Source: Candidatus Heimdallarchaeum aukensis (GTDB lineage: Archaea > Asgardarchaeota > Heimdallarchaeia > Heimdallarchaeales > Heimdallarchaeaceae). From it: a DNA stretch of 64,000 bases. A program made the position numbers and the translations under genes. Within the stretch, counting starts at the first letter, position 1, and each line of letters starts with the position of its first letter. The stretch covers positions 1,952,001 through 2,016,000 of the forward strand of contig CP084166.1 of assembly GCA_021513695.1 (NCBI GenBank), in the 5' to 3' direction. Shown one piece after another: positions 40,165 to 50,917 of the stretch. Under the pieces are notes generated by a model, which worked only from the letters and a program-made list of their open reading frames with translations, was not told where the DNA came from and made no database searches.

Positions 40165-40563
40165 TTGAGTATAATGGCTTATGAAACAAAAATTCCAACT
40201 ACTAGATATGTTTGTGCATTAGCAAACGTCCAAGGGCAATGGATGGTACAATTGAGATTGGGTGATACTGTCGAAGCCCAGACAGTTGTTAAAGATTTAA
40301 GTGAAAGAGGAATTCGCGATAATATTCGAACGGTTATGTCTGAAGTTGACTTGTATCTTGGTGACTTTCTTGTTGATCAAATAGTAAAGGACATAGTTCA
40401 TCAAGCGCGAATTCTTATACAAGAAACCTCATCAACTTCCTCTCCTGTGCAAGATAGTGGGCTTTCCGAAGTTGAACAAGTTCTAGAACAGATCAAAAAT
40501 AAATTGTCTACCCTAGAAGAGCGAATAAAAAGACTTGAATCAGTAATCGAACACCGTACATAA
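40165..40563 (+). CDS. hypothetical protein with C-terminal coiled coil
   Basis: ORF only. Confidence 0.4.
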   Translation: MSIMAYETKIPTTRYVCALANVQGQWMVQLRLGDTVEAQTVVKDLSERGIRDNIRTVMSEVDLYLGDFLVDQIVKDIVHQARILIQETSSTSSPVQDSGLSEVEQVLEQIKNKLSTLEERIKRLESVIEHRT

Positions 40564-40640
40564 TCCGCTTAATGCAATAAAACAAATAACGATAATTATT
40601 TAAAACCTCCTTTTTTCTTTCCTATGGATAAGGTGTAGCA

Positions 40641-40955
40641 ATGACACAAAGAGCAAGAATTCGCTTAATAGGGAATAATCCACAAAGTCTTCAAAGAATA
40701 TGTAATCAGATTCAAAAAATTGCTGAAAGAACAGGTGTAAGAATCAGAGGACCAATTCCTTTACCTTCAAAAAGAATTGTTTTACCAGTGAGAAAAAGTC
40801 CTTGTGGAAATGGAACTAGTACATATGACCATTTTGAATTGAAATTACACAAAAGAATAATTGATATGGATGCTGAAGAAAAAAGTATGCGATTATTAAT
40901 GCGTATTCATGTTCCTGAAGATGTTCATATCGAAATTGCACTTGAGCGCAGTTAG
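40641..40955 (+). CDS. rps10: ribosomal protein uS10
   Basis: RIRLIGNNPQSL...GPIPLPSKR...SPCGNGTSTYDHFELKLHKRIIDM matches the S10 pattern. Confidence 0.8.
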   Translation: MTQRARIRLIGNNPQSLQRICNQIQKIAERTGVRIRGPIPLPSKRIVLPVRKSPCGNGTSTYDHFELKLHKRIIDMDAEEKSMRLLMRIHVPEDVHIEIALERS

Positions 40956-41073
40956 ATTTAATGCGCTTTTTATTATCTTATTTTGTTTTTGTGTTGTTAG
41001 TCAAGCTAGTAGCATTTGAATTATGTGTTTCAATACTCTTAGTCATATAATTAAACTAATAGATTCTAAATTA

Positions 41074-42006
41074 TTAGATATTTGTCTCAAGAGGTGGATA
41101 ATAATATTTTATCAAATTTAATATGTCTTCAATGGAATCAAAAAAAGAATGATTTTCTCGTAACTTGCGAATAAAGTTAACCATTTTTTCGAAATATTTG
41201 ACAAAAAAATACTCAGGAAGAAGCATCACACAAAGGGGTTTTAATTTACCATTGTTGATTTTATCATAAATTATATCTTCAAATATTTGTCTGTTAATTC
41301 TGGACAATGTTCCTTTTAGTAACACCAATTCTCCAATAAGTTCTCCTATAATATCTTTCATTAATTCTTGTTGCCTTGATATAAACGGAATTAAAAATAA
41401 GAGATCACTTGGATTTTTGTCTGCATTTATTATTTTGTAAAAGATATCATCATTTTGGAGAATTTCAAGTTTTGTGCAAAATTTTCTTGATCTTTCCCGA
41501 ATAAATTGAATTTTAACTGTTTTTCCTAGATAATATTTTTTTTCTAAAGATAATTTGATTTGATTATTGATCTCAATTATGTCATTTTTTTCTCTAAAAA
41601 GACCATGTTCAATAGTTATTGTCTTATTTTTGTTATTATATTCTATATTTCTAATTATTCCTGTAACAGTTTCTGTTTTTCTTTCATTTAAGTCTCTAAA
41701 AAAATAATTTTCTAAATCAAACAGAAGAATCACTTCACCAAATTTTCCATCTGTAATTATTAGTTCTCCCTTTTTATTTTTAATACAAAAACCGTTAATG
41801 ATTTTGATTGTCAGACCAGAGCAAATAAAGTCCTTAACGTTTACATTTCTTTTTATTCTAAACTTGTAATATTTGTTATCTCTTACTGCTTTTCCTTCAA
41901 TTCCCCATTCTTGAATTGTAAATGATCTTATCACCCCAACAAATTCCTTTACTGTTTTTCCTGGTTCAAAAAAGGTTCCTTTAGGAACGTAGATGCTATT
42001 ATTCAT
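41074..42006 (-). CDS. hypothetical protein
   Basis: ORF only. Confidence 0.4.
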   Translation of the reverse strand: MNNSIYVPKGTFFEPGKTVKEFVGVIRSFTIQEWGIEGKAVRDNKYYKFRIKRNVNVKDFICSGLTIKIINGFCIKNKKGELIITDGKFGEVILLFDLENYFFRDLNERKTETVTGIIRNIEYNNKNKTITIEHGLFREKNDIIEINNQIKLSLEKKYYLGKTVKIQFIRERSRKFCTKLEILQNDDIFYKIINADKNPSDLLFLIPFISRQQELMKDIIGELIGELVLLKGTLSRINRQIFEDIIYDKINNGKLKPLCVMLLPEYFFVKYFEKMVNFIRKLRENHSFFDSIEDILNLIKYYYPPLETNI

Positions 42007-42157
42007 TATATTTGTTAACGTTATTATATTATTTAAAATCCAGAATTTTCTGTGTTCTTACAGATTTAAATCTTACCAACTAAAATGAATATAATAAAAA
42101 CTATAAACACCAAAAATTAAAATATTATAAAAAAAGAAATGAATTAGGTGAATCTTT

Positions 42158-42970
42158 TTGAGATTAAAAACAAAAAAACGTGGTGCTAGTAATATTATTG
42201 CAACACTTGTAATCTTCGTAGTCATGCTTTCTGCAATAACTTTGGCATTTTCGCAAGTACTCCCATCTGTTGAAAAATTTCAAGCAAGTTCAGATTTTGT
42301 AGCTGCTGAAAACACATTCATGAATATTGATAGTTCAATTAAAAAATTAATTAATTCTCCTGAAAATGCTTCAGAAATTATCCGTTATGAAATAAATAAA
42401 GGAATTTTAGATATGTCTTTTGATCGTTCAATTAATCTCGCTATAGAATCAGAAAAAGTTGTGATATTTAACTATTCAACCTTACTTGGACAGTTAACTT
42501 ATCAGCTAGATGGTCACTACAAAGGATATGGTGGCTCAATTTATAGTGTAGGTTCACCTGATTTACTAGTTTATTCACCAAACAGAACTACTGATGTAAC
42601 TAATATCGTATATCAGACTTTTGATGGCTATAAACTCCTTAAATTATACTATGATATATTCGTTTCAATTGAAAATGTAAAGTCAGACGAAGTTGAAGTT
42701 AACTTTATACTCATAAATTTGAACACTACCCACGTAAATAATAATCAAAAAGAGTATTTTCCATTAATCAATAGTGAAGCAAAACTCGAGTTGTCTAAAA
42801 GAGCGCAAATCCTAAAGTCATATTCTTTAGGAACATTCAGTACTGATTTAACAATTAATGCTGAAACTTCGAATTATCTACAGAAGTTAGATTATGATTA
42901 TGCTCCATCAACATCTTTTTCGTTAGTTGTTAACATTATTACAGTTGACATCAACTTTAGCATAGTTTAA
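42158..42970 (+). CDS. archaeal type IV pilin-like protein (class III signal peptide)
   Basis: Basic N-terminus KKRGAS followed by a hydrophobic helix NIIATLVIFVVMLSAITLAF, as in prepilin-peptidase substrates. Confidence 0.5.
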   Translation: MRLKTKKRGASNIIATLVIFVVMLSAITLAFSQVLPSVEKFQASSDFVAAENTFMNIDSSIKKLINSPENASEIIRYEINKGILDMSFDRSINLAIESEKVVIFNYSTLLGQLTYQLDGHYKGYGGSIYSVGSPDLLVYSPNRTTDVTNIVYQTFDGYKLLKLYYDIFVSIENVKSDEVEVNFILINLNTTHVNNNQKEYFPLINSEAKLELSKRAQILKSYSLGTFSTDLTINAETSNYLQKLDYDYAPSTSFSLVVNIITVDINFSIV

Positions 42971-43246
42971 TCCATTTTTTTATGTTTTTGTGATATTTAA
43001 GATAAAAAAAATATACAATGGCACCATTTTAATAGTTGCATTTTCATAATTTTATTGGCGAAGTTTTCCTCCGTGAATCTAGACTTATGGTATATATTAC
43101 CTCGGATGAAAGATTCTTCTCGAAACTTCGCCATTTATTTCATAGTAAAGAAGATTAGCGAGCAGATATTTATATCTCTAAAATCATTCTAATAGTAGAT
43201 TTTTATAACACTAGTTAAGAAAAAACACTTTTTTTCAAAATAAGAG

Positions 43247-43393
43247 TTATTCAATAATTTCATAGTACATACAAGATGGGCAAATCCAATATTTTTTTGG
43301 TTCTTTAAGTTCCATATCGTCAGGTAGATAATCATATTTTTTTATCATTTTTCCATTGCATTTTGGACAATCTTTTATTTCTTCATCAGGCAC
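43247..43393 (-). CDS. possible small zinc-ribbon protein (48 aa) with GTG start
   Basis: CPKC...CPSC, with AGGAAGG 8 nt upstream of the GTG. Below the ORF-track threshold. Confidence 0.25.
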   Translation of the reverse strand: MPDEEIKDCPKCNGKMIKKYDYLPDDMELKEPKKYWICPSCMYYEIIE

Positions 43394-43524
43394 TTCTTTT
43401 CCTTCCTTAGAACTCTAAAATAGTATTAATTCAATCTAATAAAAATTTTCAGTATACATCTTTTAGTGATAATCAATTTTTTTATATATATAGCAATAAA
43501 TATAATAATTAGAGAGATTTCAAG

Positions 43525-45426
43525 ATGCTTATGGCACTAGAAAAATGGCTCAGTAAGAAAGATATTAAAAAACTTGAAGCTTTGAACAACCCGAAGGTTA
43601 TACAAGTGGTTGAAGAATTTTTCTCATTGTGTAAACCTGAAAAGGGAGTAGTTATTGACGATTCTGATGAAGATATTAATTATGTAAGAAAACTAGCATT
43701 AGAGCTTGGTGAAGAAAAACCTTTGGATTTAGATGGACATACAATTCATTTTGATTCTTATTATGATCAAGCTAGAGATAAAGCCAATACTCGTTTACTT
43801 GTTCCTGCTGAGAAAAAGGATGAATATGGAAAGCACATTAATACTATAGATCGAAATGAAGGGTTAAAAGAGATACTGTCTATAATGGATGGATGTATGA
43901 AAGGGAAACTTGCTATTATTCGCTTTTTCTGTCTTGGACCAACAAATTCTGATTTTTCAATTTCAGCTTTACAAATTACTGATTCAGCTTATGTAGCTCA
44001 TTCCGAGGATATTCTTTATAGAAAGGGATATGAACAATTTAAAAGATTAAAAGACCCTAATGATTTCTTCTATTTTATTCATTCAGCTGGACCTTTAACA
44101 GACAAGAACGTCACCAAAAATATTGATAAAAGACGTATTTACATTGATCTAGAAGAAAATAGAGTTTTATCAGTAAACAATCAATATGCAGGTAATAGTT
44201 TGGGACTCAAAAAACTCGCGCTTCGTTTAGCAATAAATAAAGCTATCAATGAGGGTTGGTTAACCGAACACATGTTTATTTCTGCAGTAATACCACCAAA
44301 AAAGAATAGAAAAACCTACTTCTTAGGTGCATTTCCAAGTGCTTGTGGGAAAACAAGCACTGCTATGATTCCTGGTAATTCTATAGTTGGCGATGATATC
44401 GCCTACTTAAGGATTAACAAAGAGGGAGAAGTAAGAGCTGTTAATATTGAGAGCGGAATTTTCGGAATTATTCGAGATGTAAATCCTAAGGATGATCCAG
44501 AAATATATAAAGCTTTGACCACTCCAGGAGAAACAATTTTCTCTAATGTGCTAGTAAAAGATGGAAAACCCTATTGGCTAGGAATGGGAGATGATATTGA
44601 AATTCCAAAAACTGGGACAAATTGGACTACTTCTCTTCTTGGGGACTGGGAAGAAGGAAAGAAAGATGAAGAAGGAAATGAATTGAAATTCTCTCACCCT
44701 AATGCTCGGTATACAATTAGAATTGAAGATCTAGAAAATTGTGATGAAGCTTTAAATGACCCTGAAGGAGTGAAAGTCTCTGCTATTATTTATGGTGGAA
44801 GAGATAGCGATACTTCGGTTCCTGTATACGAATCTTTTGATTGGAATCATGGGGTTTTCGTAGGTGCTTCTGTAGAATCAGAGACTACTGCTGCAACACT
44901 TGGAAAAGCAGGAGTAAGAAAGCATCAACCGATGGCTAACCTAGATTTTATAGTGGTACCATTAGGTAAATACCTTAAAGCCCATTATGAGTTTGGTAAA
45001 AAGGTCAAAGAAGATAAACGCCCAAAAATCTTTTCAACCAATTACTTCCTAAAAGATGAAAATAACAAATATTATGATGAAATCCTAGATAAAAAGATAT
45101 GGTTGCTTTGGGCTGAAAGTAGAGTACATAACGAATGTGAAGCTATTGAAACACCAATAGGTTATATTCCAAAATATGAGGATCTTGCAAAATTATTCAA
45201 AGATGTATTCAATATTGATTACTCAAAAGAAAGGTACGAAGCAGAGTTTTCAATCAGAGTTGATAAATTCTTGGAGAAACTTGATAGAATAGAAGCAATA
45301 TTTAAAGAAGAGAAAATGATGCCTGAGGAGTTCTTTATTGAACTTAATAATCAACGAAAACGACTTTTAGAAGCAAAAGAAAAATACAAAACTGGTATCA
45401 TATCTCCTTTTTCTTTTCTTAACTAA
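43525..45426 (+). CDS. pckG: phosphoenolpyruvate carboxykinase (GTP)
   Basis: Kinase-1a motif FPSACGKTS(T)AM with GTP-PEPCK conservation along the length. 633 aa. Confidence 0.9.
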   Translation: MLMALEKWLSKKDIKKLEALNNPKVIQVVEEFFSLCKPEKGVVIDDSDEDINYVRKLALELGEEKPLDLDGHTIHFDSYYDQARDKANTRLLVPAEKKDEYGKHINTIDRNEGLKEILSIMDGCMKGKLAIIRFFCLGPTNSDFSISALQITDSAYVAHSEDILYRKGYEQFKRLKDPNDFFYFIHSAGPLTDKNVTKNIDKRRIYIDLEENRVLSVNNQYAGNSLGLKKLALRLAINKAINEGWLTEHMFISAVIPPKKNRKTYFLGAFPSACGKTSTAMIPGNSIVGDDIAYLRINKEGEVRAVNIESGIFGIIRDVNPKDDPEIYKALTTPGETIFSNVLVKDGKPYWLGMGDDIEIPKTGTNWTTSLLGDWEEGKKDEEGNELKFSHPNARYTIRIEDLENCDEALNDPEGVKVSAIIYGGRDSDTSVPVYESFDWNHGVFVGASVESETTAATLGKAGVRKHQPMANLDFIVVPLGKYLKAHYEFGKKVKEDKRPKIFSTNYFLKDENNKYYDEILDKKIWLLWAESRVHNECEAIETPIGYIPKYEDLAKLFKDVFNIDYSKERYEAEFSIRVDKFLEKLDRIEAIFKEEKMMPEEFFIELNNQRKRLLEAKEKYKTGIISPFSFLN

Positions 45427-45555
45427 TTTTTTCTTTCTTTTCGTGTTTTATCATTTTAATTATAGCCGTTAAGCAGGCCTTTTTTCGTATTTTAAGAATC
45501 AGTAAAAATTGGGTAAATCAAAGATTTTTTATTGTAAATTAATTCTTATTGATTA

Positions 45556-46098
45556 ATGAAAACTTTATGGGAAAAAATAGAAACTGGACCTAATCCTCCA
45601 GAAGAGGTATTTGTCATTATAGAAAATCCAAAAAATAATAAAAATAAATACGAATTTAGAAAAGAAGGTTACCTAGTGCTTGATCGTGTTCTTCATTCAT
45701 CTGTACATTTTCCAGGAGACTATGGATTAATTCCTAGAACATATTATGAAGATGGAGATGCTTTGGATATTTTAGTTTTGATTACAGAACCTACTTTCCC
45801 AGGGTGTGTTCTTCCAGCTAGACCTATAGGTGTTCTGAAGATGCGTGATGAAAAAGGGAGAGATGATAAAATACTAGCAGTAGCAAGTGGAGACCCGTTA
45901 TATCATGATGTTTACACACTAAAAGATATCTATCCTCATACCTTAGCTGAAATTGCAGAATTTTTTAGGACCTACAAAGGTCTAGAATATGGAAAAAATA
46001 CAGAAGTTATAGGCTGGGGTTCAAAAGAAGAAGCTTTTGAAACTATAACTAATTCTATGAGACTTTATAATAAATTATTTGCTAATCAAGATCAATAG
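45556..46098 (+). CDS. ppa: inorganic pyrophosphatase (family I)
   Basis: HFPGDYGLIP and DGDALDILV motifs. 180 aa. Confidence 0.9.
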   Translation: MKTLWEKIETGPNPPEEVFVIIENPKNNKNKYEFRKEGYLVLDRVLHSSVHFPGDYGLIPRTYYEDGDALDILVLITEPTFPGCVLPARPIGVLKMRDEKGRDDKILAVASGDPLYHDVYTLKDIYPHTLAEIAEFFRTYKGLEYGKNTEVIGWGSKEEAFETITNSMRLYNKLFANQDQ

Positions 46099-46154
46099 AT
46101 TAATAGAAATAAGTCAGAATAAATATTGTAGTTCAGCTATAGAGGAAAATATCC

Positions 46155-46568
46155 TTATTTTTCTACAGGGATATTTCCTGAAGGTAGTAATTCGCTTAAA
46201 AGATATTTACTCTTTTCTCCTTTATCATTTACAACAATTATTTTAATATCCTTTTTATTGAGTTGAGAAAATTCGAAAAGCTTTTGCCTACATGAGCCAC
46301 AAGGAAGGACAGGAGGAGAACAATAAGAATAAATTAAAATTGAATCAAAATTTTTTTCTCCATTTTTTACAGCAGCTCCAATCGCATTTAACTCTGCATG
46401 TAAAGCAATATAGTCAGAAAATTCAACATTACAACCAGTATATATTTTTCCTGAAGCTGTAAGTAAAGCTGCTCCAACACGAAAATTACTATAAGGAGCA
46501 TATGCCTGCAATGAAACTTCTTTTGCCTTAATAACTAGTTTTTGGATATTTTTTTCTGTATCGTGCAT
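46155..46568 (-). CDS. cdd: cytidine deaminase
   Basis: Zn ligands HAELNA and PCGSCRQ. Confidence 0.75.
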   Translation of the reverse strand: MHDTEKNIQKLVIKAKEVSLQAYAPYSNFRVGAALLTASGKIYTGCNVEFSDYIALHAELNAIGAAVKNGEKNFDSILIYSYCSPPVLPCGSCRQKLFEFSQLNKKDIKIIVVNDKGEKSKYLLSELLPSGNIPVEK

Positions 46569-46631
46569 AAGGATATTTATAAAAGAGAATTAATAAATTT
46601 TCTACTGTATTATTGCAAATTTTAATGCTAA

Positions 46632-47183
46632 CTAAAAAATCTCTTCTGTATCGTCATCTAATGCATCTAAATTTAAAGTAATAACGTTTTGAGTTTCAAT
46701 TACAAGATTTTTTTCTTTTAAAAGAGGAACAACGCGATTTTTCAAAGTGACAACAGGTATTTTAGTTTTCTTACTGAGTTTATCATAATTGGAAGAATAA
46801 TTATCTAATGAAGCTAAAGCAAGAAGAACAGAAATATTCTCTTTTTGACTTGGAATCCAAGTAGTAATGACTTTTAGAGTGAATTTCAAACCAGACAGAA
46901 GCATAGTCTTTTTCTTAAATTCTTCTTCTAATTTTTCATATTTGTTTTTGAAATATTCTAATTGTTGAACTTCATTAATCAATTTTTTATTATCGTTTTT
47001 TAGCTCTTTATTCTCATCAGCTATTTTCTTTGCTTCTTTTTTTAAGTTGTCATATTCAAGGTCAAGCTCGTTTATTTCACTTAGTTGTTTTTTTAATGAA
47101 TCAATCTCATCTTCCAGTCGACTATGTTCATAGGTGACTAAATTATCAATTTGCTTTAATAGTTCTCTAACTTTGTCTATCAT
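46632..47183 (-). CDS. coiled-coil protein, possibly with a C-terminal wHTH
   Basis: Heptad-rich central region. Its start directly abuts the stop of the TGT gene. Confidence 0.4.
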   Translation of the reverse strand: MIDKVRELLKQIDNLVTYEHSRLEDEIDSLKKQLSEINELDLEYDNLKKEAKKIADENKELKNDNKKLINEVQQLEYFKNKYEKLEEEFKKKTMLLSGLKFTLKVITTWIPSQKENISVLLALASLDNYSSNYDKLSKKTKIPVVTLKNRVVPLLKEKNLVIETQNVITLNLDALDDDTEEIF

Positions 47184-48776
47184 TTAATCTTCCTCACTTT
47201 TTTCTTTAGAAGTATAGACGTTTAGTTCAACTTTATCTAACATTTGTAATTTATCTTGAAGCTTATCCCTAATTGAATTGAGTTTTTCTTTTCTTTCTGC
47301 AGGAAGAATGATGATCTCACTATATCCTTTTTTCATTATATAATTAATCGTAACCTCTATGGCTTTTTCTAGGATGATAGAGTCAATGACATTAGAAAAA
47401 ACAAATTGCGAGAAGGGGTAAGTTTCATGAAGTTCAAAAGGAAAGACACCGAAAAAGGGTAAAAAGAGAGATACATCGGCAGAAGATAAATGGTTAATTA
47501 GTTTATCTTTTAGCTCTGGATTAAGATTAAAAAGTTCAATAGGTGTTTTTTCTCCTGAAAGTAAGTAAATGTAAAGGCTTTCACTATTTTTCTGATAGTT
47601 TTTTAGAATACGTTCTCTGATAATTTTGAATTCAGGTCGATCAAAAGAAAGATGATTATAGATTTTTAAGCCTCCACTTTTTGTGATAGGGGTTCCGATA
47701 TCAAAAAAACCTTTTTTACTAAGATCTGTCAAAACATGAAAAGCTTGGTAAAGATTGGGATGGCTGAGAGCTCGTTGTTCAAGTAATTCCCATAAATTAC
47801 CATTACGAATTGCTTCACGAATTAACTTGATTTCGGTAGATGAAATATGTAAATTGTGAGCTGCAAGAGCACGAATACGTTCATTATGTGGGCTCTCTCT
47901 TAATTCTTGAGGAGTATATTTTGAACAAACCTCGCAATCACAAGGAAACTCTTGGATGTTATCAAGAATAAGTGTACCTGTAGAAGTCATGTAACGGTTG
48001 TCTTTAGCAAAGAGGATATAGGCTGCACTATCAAAAGTATCACCTCCCAAAGCAACAATAAAAGGAAAAATCATAGGATGACCAGCACCGAAAATGTGCA
48101 ATGGAATGTGATAAGGAAGGTTACTTCGTGCATGATGAATCATAGAGAAAAGAGTAGTGTAATCATATGAAGCCATAATAGGAACAACACTACCTAGGGC
48201 ATAAAAACTGAAATAATCGAGATAATTCTTTTCCTTAACTTTTTGAATATAATTATCAATAAGAGAGACATTCTTTCCTCCTTGGATTGGGAGTGTCCAT
48301 AAAGTTTTGTCATGCGTTTTTACATGATCTAAAGACAATTCTATACGTTCAATTGTTTGTTCCATTTTGTTTTTGGCTTCATCAAAACTATCAGAAGGGG
48401 GAGTGGGAACGTCAAGTATAACACCAATATCAGTTTGAACTAATGATTGAAGTTCTAAAGATTGAAGAGGGGAAATAGAGACGTCTCCATAAGCAAGAAT
48501 TTGATATGCTCCACTATCCATCATAACAATGCCATCGAAGTCCAAAGTCTGATGAATCGGAGGGGAATGAACGTTGGGCATACCGTATCGTTTCAAATAC
48601 AAATAAGAGCTAGTAATAAGAAAATTAAAGCCAAATGTGTGTTTCATTTCATGAGGTGTGATGATATTATCCCTGGGATCAACGACAGGAACAAGTGTAG
48701 GAGTTAAAATTTTCTTATTGTTAACTTCAAAAAAAGTTATTCTGGAGTGAAGATCAGAGGAAAGAATCTCAAGCAT
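47184..48776 (-). CDS. tgtA: archaeosine tRNA-guanine transglycosylase (ArcTGT)
   Basis: TGT catalytic core and the Zn site CDCEVC...H. The ORF track extends the N-terminus to 48914 with an implausible hydrophobic leader. The internal Met (MLEILSSDLHSRITFFEV...) fits TGT N-termini better. Confidence 0.8.
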   Translation of the reverse strand: MLEILSSDLHSRITFFEVNNKKILTPTLVPVVDPRDNIITPHEMKHTFGFNFLITSSYLYLKRYGMPNVHSPPIHQTLDFDGIVMMDSGAYQILAYGDVSISPLQSLELQSLVQTDIGVILDVPTPPSDSFDEAKNKMEQTIERIELSLDHVKTHDKTLWTLPIQGGKNVSLIDNYIQKVKEKNYLDYFSFYALGSVVPIMASYDYTTLFSMIHHARSNLPYHIPLHIFGAGHPMIFPFIVALGGDTFDSAAYILFAKDNRYMTSTGTLILDNIQEFPCDCEVCSKYTPQELRESPHNERIRALAAHNLHISSTEIKLIREAIRNGNLWELLEQRALSHPNLYQAFHVLTDLSKKGFFDIGTPITKSGGLKIYNHLSFDRPEFKIIRERILKNYQKNSESLYIYLLSGEKTPIELFNLNPELKDKLINHLSSADVSLFLPFFGVFPFELHETYPFSQFVFSNVIDSIILEKAIEVTINYIMKKGYSEIIILPAERKEKLNSIRDKLQDKLQMLDKVELNVYTSKEKSEED

Positions 48777-49387
48777 AAAGAAAAGAACGAATAATTGTAT
48801 AAAAGAATAACCATAAGCAACAGAGAAGCAAAATCGCGACCAAAAATGTATAAGTAAGTTGATTTGTGAAGGTACAAAATTGATCATTTTTGTGGTTTCG
48901 AGTGGGTCAAGCACAATTGAGAAGTTTCTGAAGGAAAAACAAGAGCATATTTTCTATTGTTAATGGTTACATTAATTATCTTGATTAGTTTAGTTTTTCT
49001 AGTAATGTAAGGTGAAGGTCTAACGTTGCTCTATTCATTTAAAACGCTCTAACATCTCTGATTTAATAAAGAATCTTTGATTCTTGATAAATTCAAAGAT
49101 TTCGAGCAGTTTTCACTTGACAAAGCTTAACTAGGTCAGAACGAAATTCGTAATGGATGTTTAACATCTAAAATCATCCAACTTGAAATGTATTCGATTG
49201 ACCTTAAATGCCATAAAATAGTAATATTAGAACATTTTAGTATAAAAAAAGCATCACAAAACCCGCTCCAAGAGTACATATTCGCATTAAATAAAAGAAA
49301 CAGGGCATACGTTTAAATTTTTGCTGAAAAATCGAAGATTCAATTTTATCAAGCGAAAAATAGAGTGGTTAGAAAAAAGTAGAAAAA

Positions 49388-49864
49388 TCATTTTTTGTTT
49401 CTTCTCCCAAAAAATTGAATTACAAAAGTAGTTAGGAAAGCAAGAATAACTGAACACAAATCAATAACTATAAGTATGATAGTCTCTATTTGAGCATTCG
49501 TGCGCAACAAATTACCTTCAAATATAAGGAAAATTATTAAACCTAAAAGAAGATAACATAGACCAACACTGACAAATATCAAGGTGTGTTTCATGTTCAG
49601 ATATCCTTTCCACAATAGCAGAATAACTATCGTTGCAGTCAAAAGCGAAAATGCAATTAAAGATGGCCAAAAGATCCAAGAATTATATTTGAAGAAATCT
49701 TCAACGGAATCATATGCTTCTTCAAGGCTAGCAAATAGAATAAATAAGAGTAATAATGAGCAAAAACTTGTGGCAAAAAATATAACAAACCATCTAAAAT
49801 GTTGAATGATAGTGTGTTGTTTGCTGAAGTTCTGTTTTGCTTTATTAAAGTATTTCGTATCCAT
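49388..49864 (-). CDS. hypothetical membrane protein (4 TM)
   Basis: Hydrophobic ORF. Confidence 0.4.
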   Translation of the reverse strand: MDTKYFNKAKQNFSKQHTIIQHFRWFVIFFATSFCSLLLLFILFASLEEAYDSVEDFFKYNSWIFWPSLIAFSLLTATIVILLLWKGYLNMKHTLIFVSVGLCYLLLGLIIFLIFEGNLLRTNAQIETIILIVIDLCSVILAFLTTFVIQFFGRRNKK

Positions 49865-50767
49865 TTTTTACCTCCAGAAATCCTAAATACACTATAGTAT
49901 ATGGTCGGTAGCCATGGATTATCAACTATTTCTCTACATAAATGGATGCACAATTAAATGTATTATGTTTTACTTTTTTCATTAAAAGAGAGTAGGACTA
50001 TTTATTAAAATTTTGTCTATTCTGCATATCTAGGAACTTAAATTTGTTAATTATTTTGAATTGAGTAGAAGAAACCTGCTTTATGGTTAATCTGTCATTA
50101 AATCTAAGTAGCTCTATTGTTGACAATTTGACGAACTGTGGAAGGAGAGAGGCACATTTAGAGAACGTATTAAAAGCGTCCCGTTTCCTCCACTTCCTCC
50201 AGATGAACCTTGAGTCATTGTAAAGGTAAACGTTTGGCGTAAAAGATGGTCGTAATCCAAAAAACTGCCAGTAAGTTCATCAACTTCTGAAGTAAACCAA
50301 TGTGAATTTGAATAAGTTCGCACGCTCAATGCAGTTAATCCATCCCAATATGAAGTAACATAGTGTTCCTGCTCAAAGTTTATGTTATCATCTAGATGAT
50401 TAACATGAAGTTCCCATTCAGGGTCATCCCCATTATCTGGACAGTCATTGGTACTGTATTCATAATCCACAAAAGTATCAAGTATATCCGTTATATAGGT
50501 GCCAGCATATGTGAAATAATGGAGCTCTGAATCAGAAAGTATTCGTTTTTCTATTTCATGAAAATATGAACTCTCTTTCTATCGGAAATAAAACTGAATC
50601 AATAATCAATAAGTTTTTATTAACGACAAAAAAAGTAGTTATTGTGGAAAAAATCCACAGAAAACTGTTGTGAAATGCCTTAACCGGCAAGAAAAGCAAG
50701 AACTGCTTTATTATTGAAAAAACATTCTCTTAACAACTCACAAAAATAGAAAATGTGAGTGAACGAT

Positions 50768-50780
50768 AATTATATAAAGG
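50768..50780 (+). promoter_or_regulatory. candidate TATA box of the 23S rRNA promoter
   Basis: TTATATAAAGG lies about 90 nt upstream of the rRNA processing stem. Confidence 0.3.
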
Positions 50781-50866
50781 GAAGAAAGTCAAGAAAAAAC
50801 ACTAAAAAATCATGAAAAACATGATGATTATCAACTCCAAGAACTGGTAAGTTAAGTAAAAAACCA

Positions 50867-50889
50867 GTCAGCTGACAAGAACTCTCCAA
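50867..50889 (+). other. 5' half of the 23S rRNA processing stem
   Basis: GTCAGCTGACAAGAACTCTCCAA is perfectly complementary to 54366..54388. Confidence 0.7.
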
Positions 50890-50917
50890 ATAGGCGAAAA
50901 CTGATATCTAAAGTAAT

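Noticed and set aside
40165-40563. Possible horizontally acquired gene (slightly higher GC by eye)
   Set aside because: The compositional difference is modest and was not computed, so it is insufficient to claim foreign origin.
48777-48914. N-terminal 46-aa extension of the TGT ORF
   Set aside because: It is hydrophobic and non-homologous. An internal Met gives a canonical ArcTGT N-terminus.
50114-50470. 118-aa minus-strand ORF (Gly/Ser-rich C-terminus) upstream of the 23S promoter
   Set aside because: It has no recognisable family and lies in the rRNA leader/promoter region. Its coding status is uncertain, so I did not call it.
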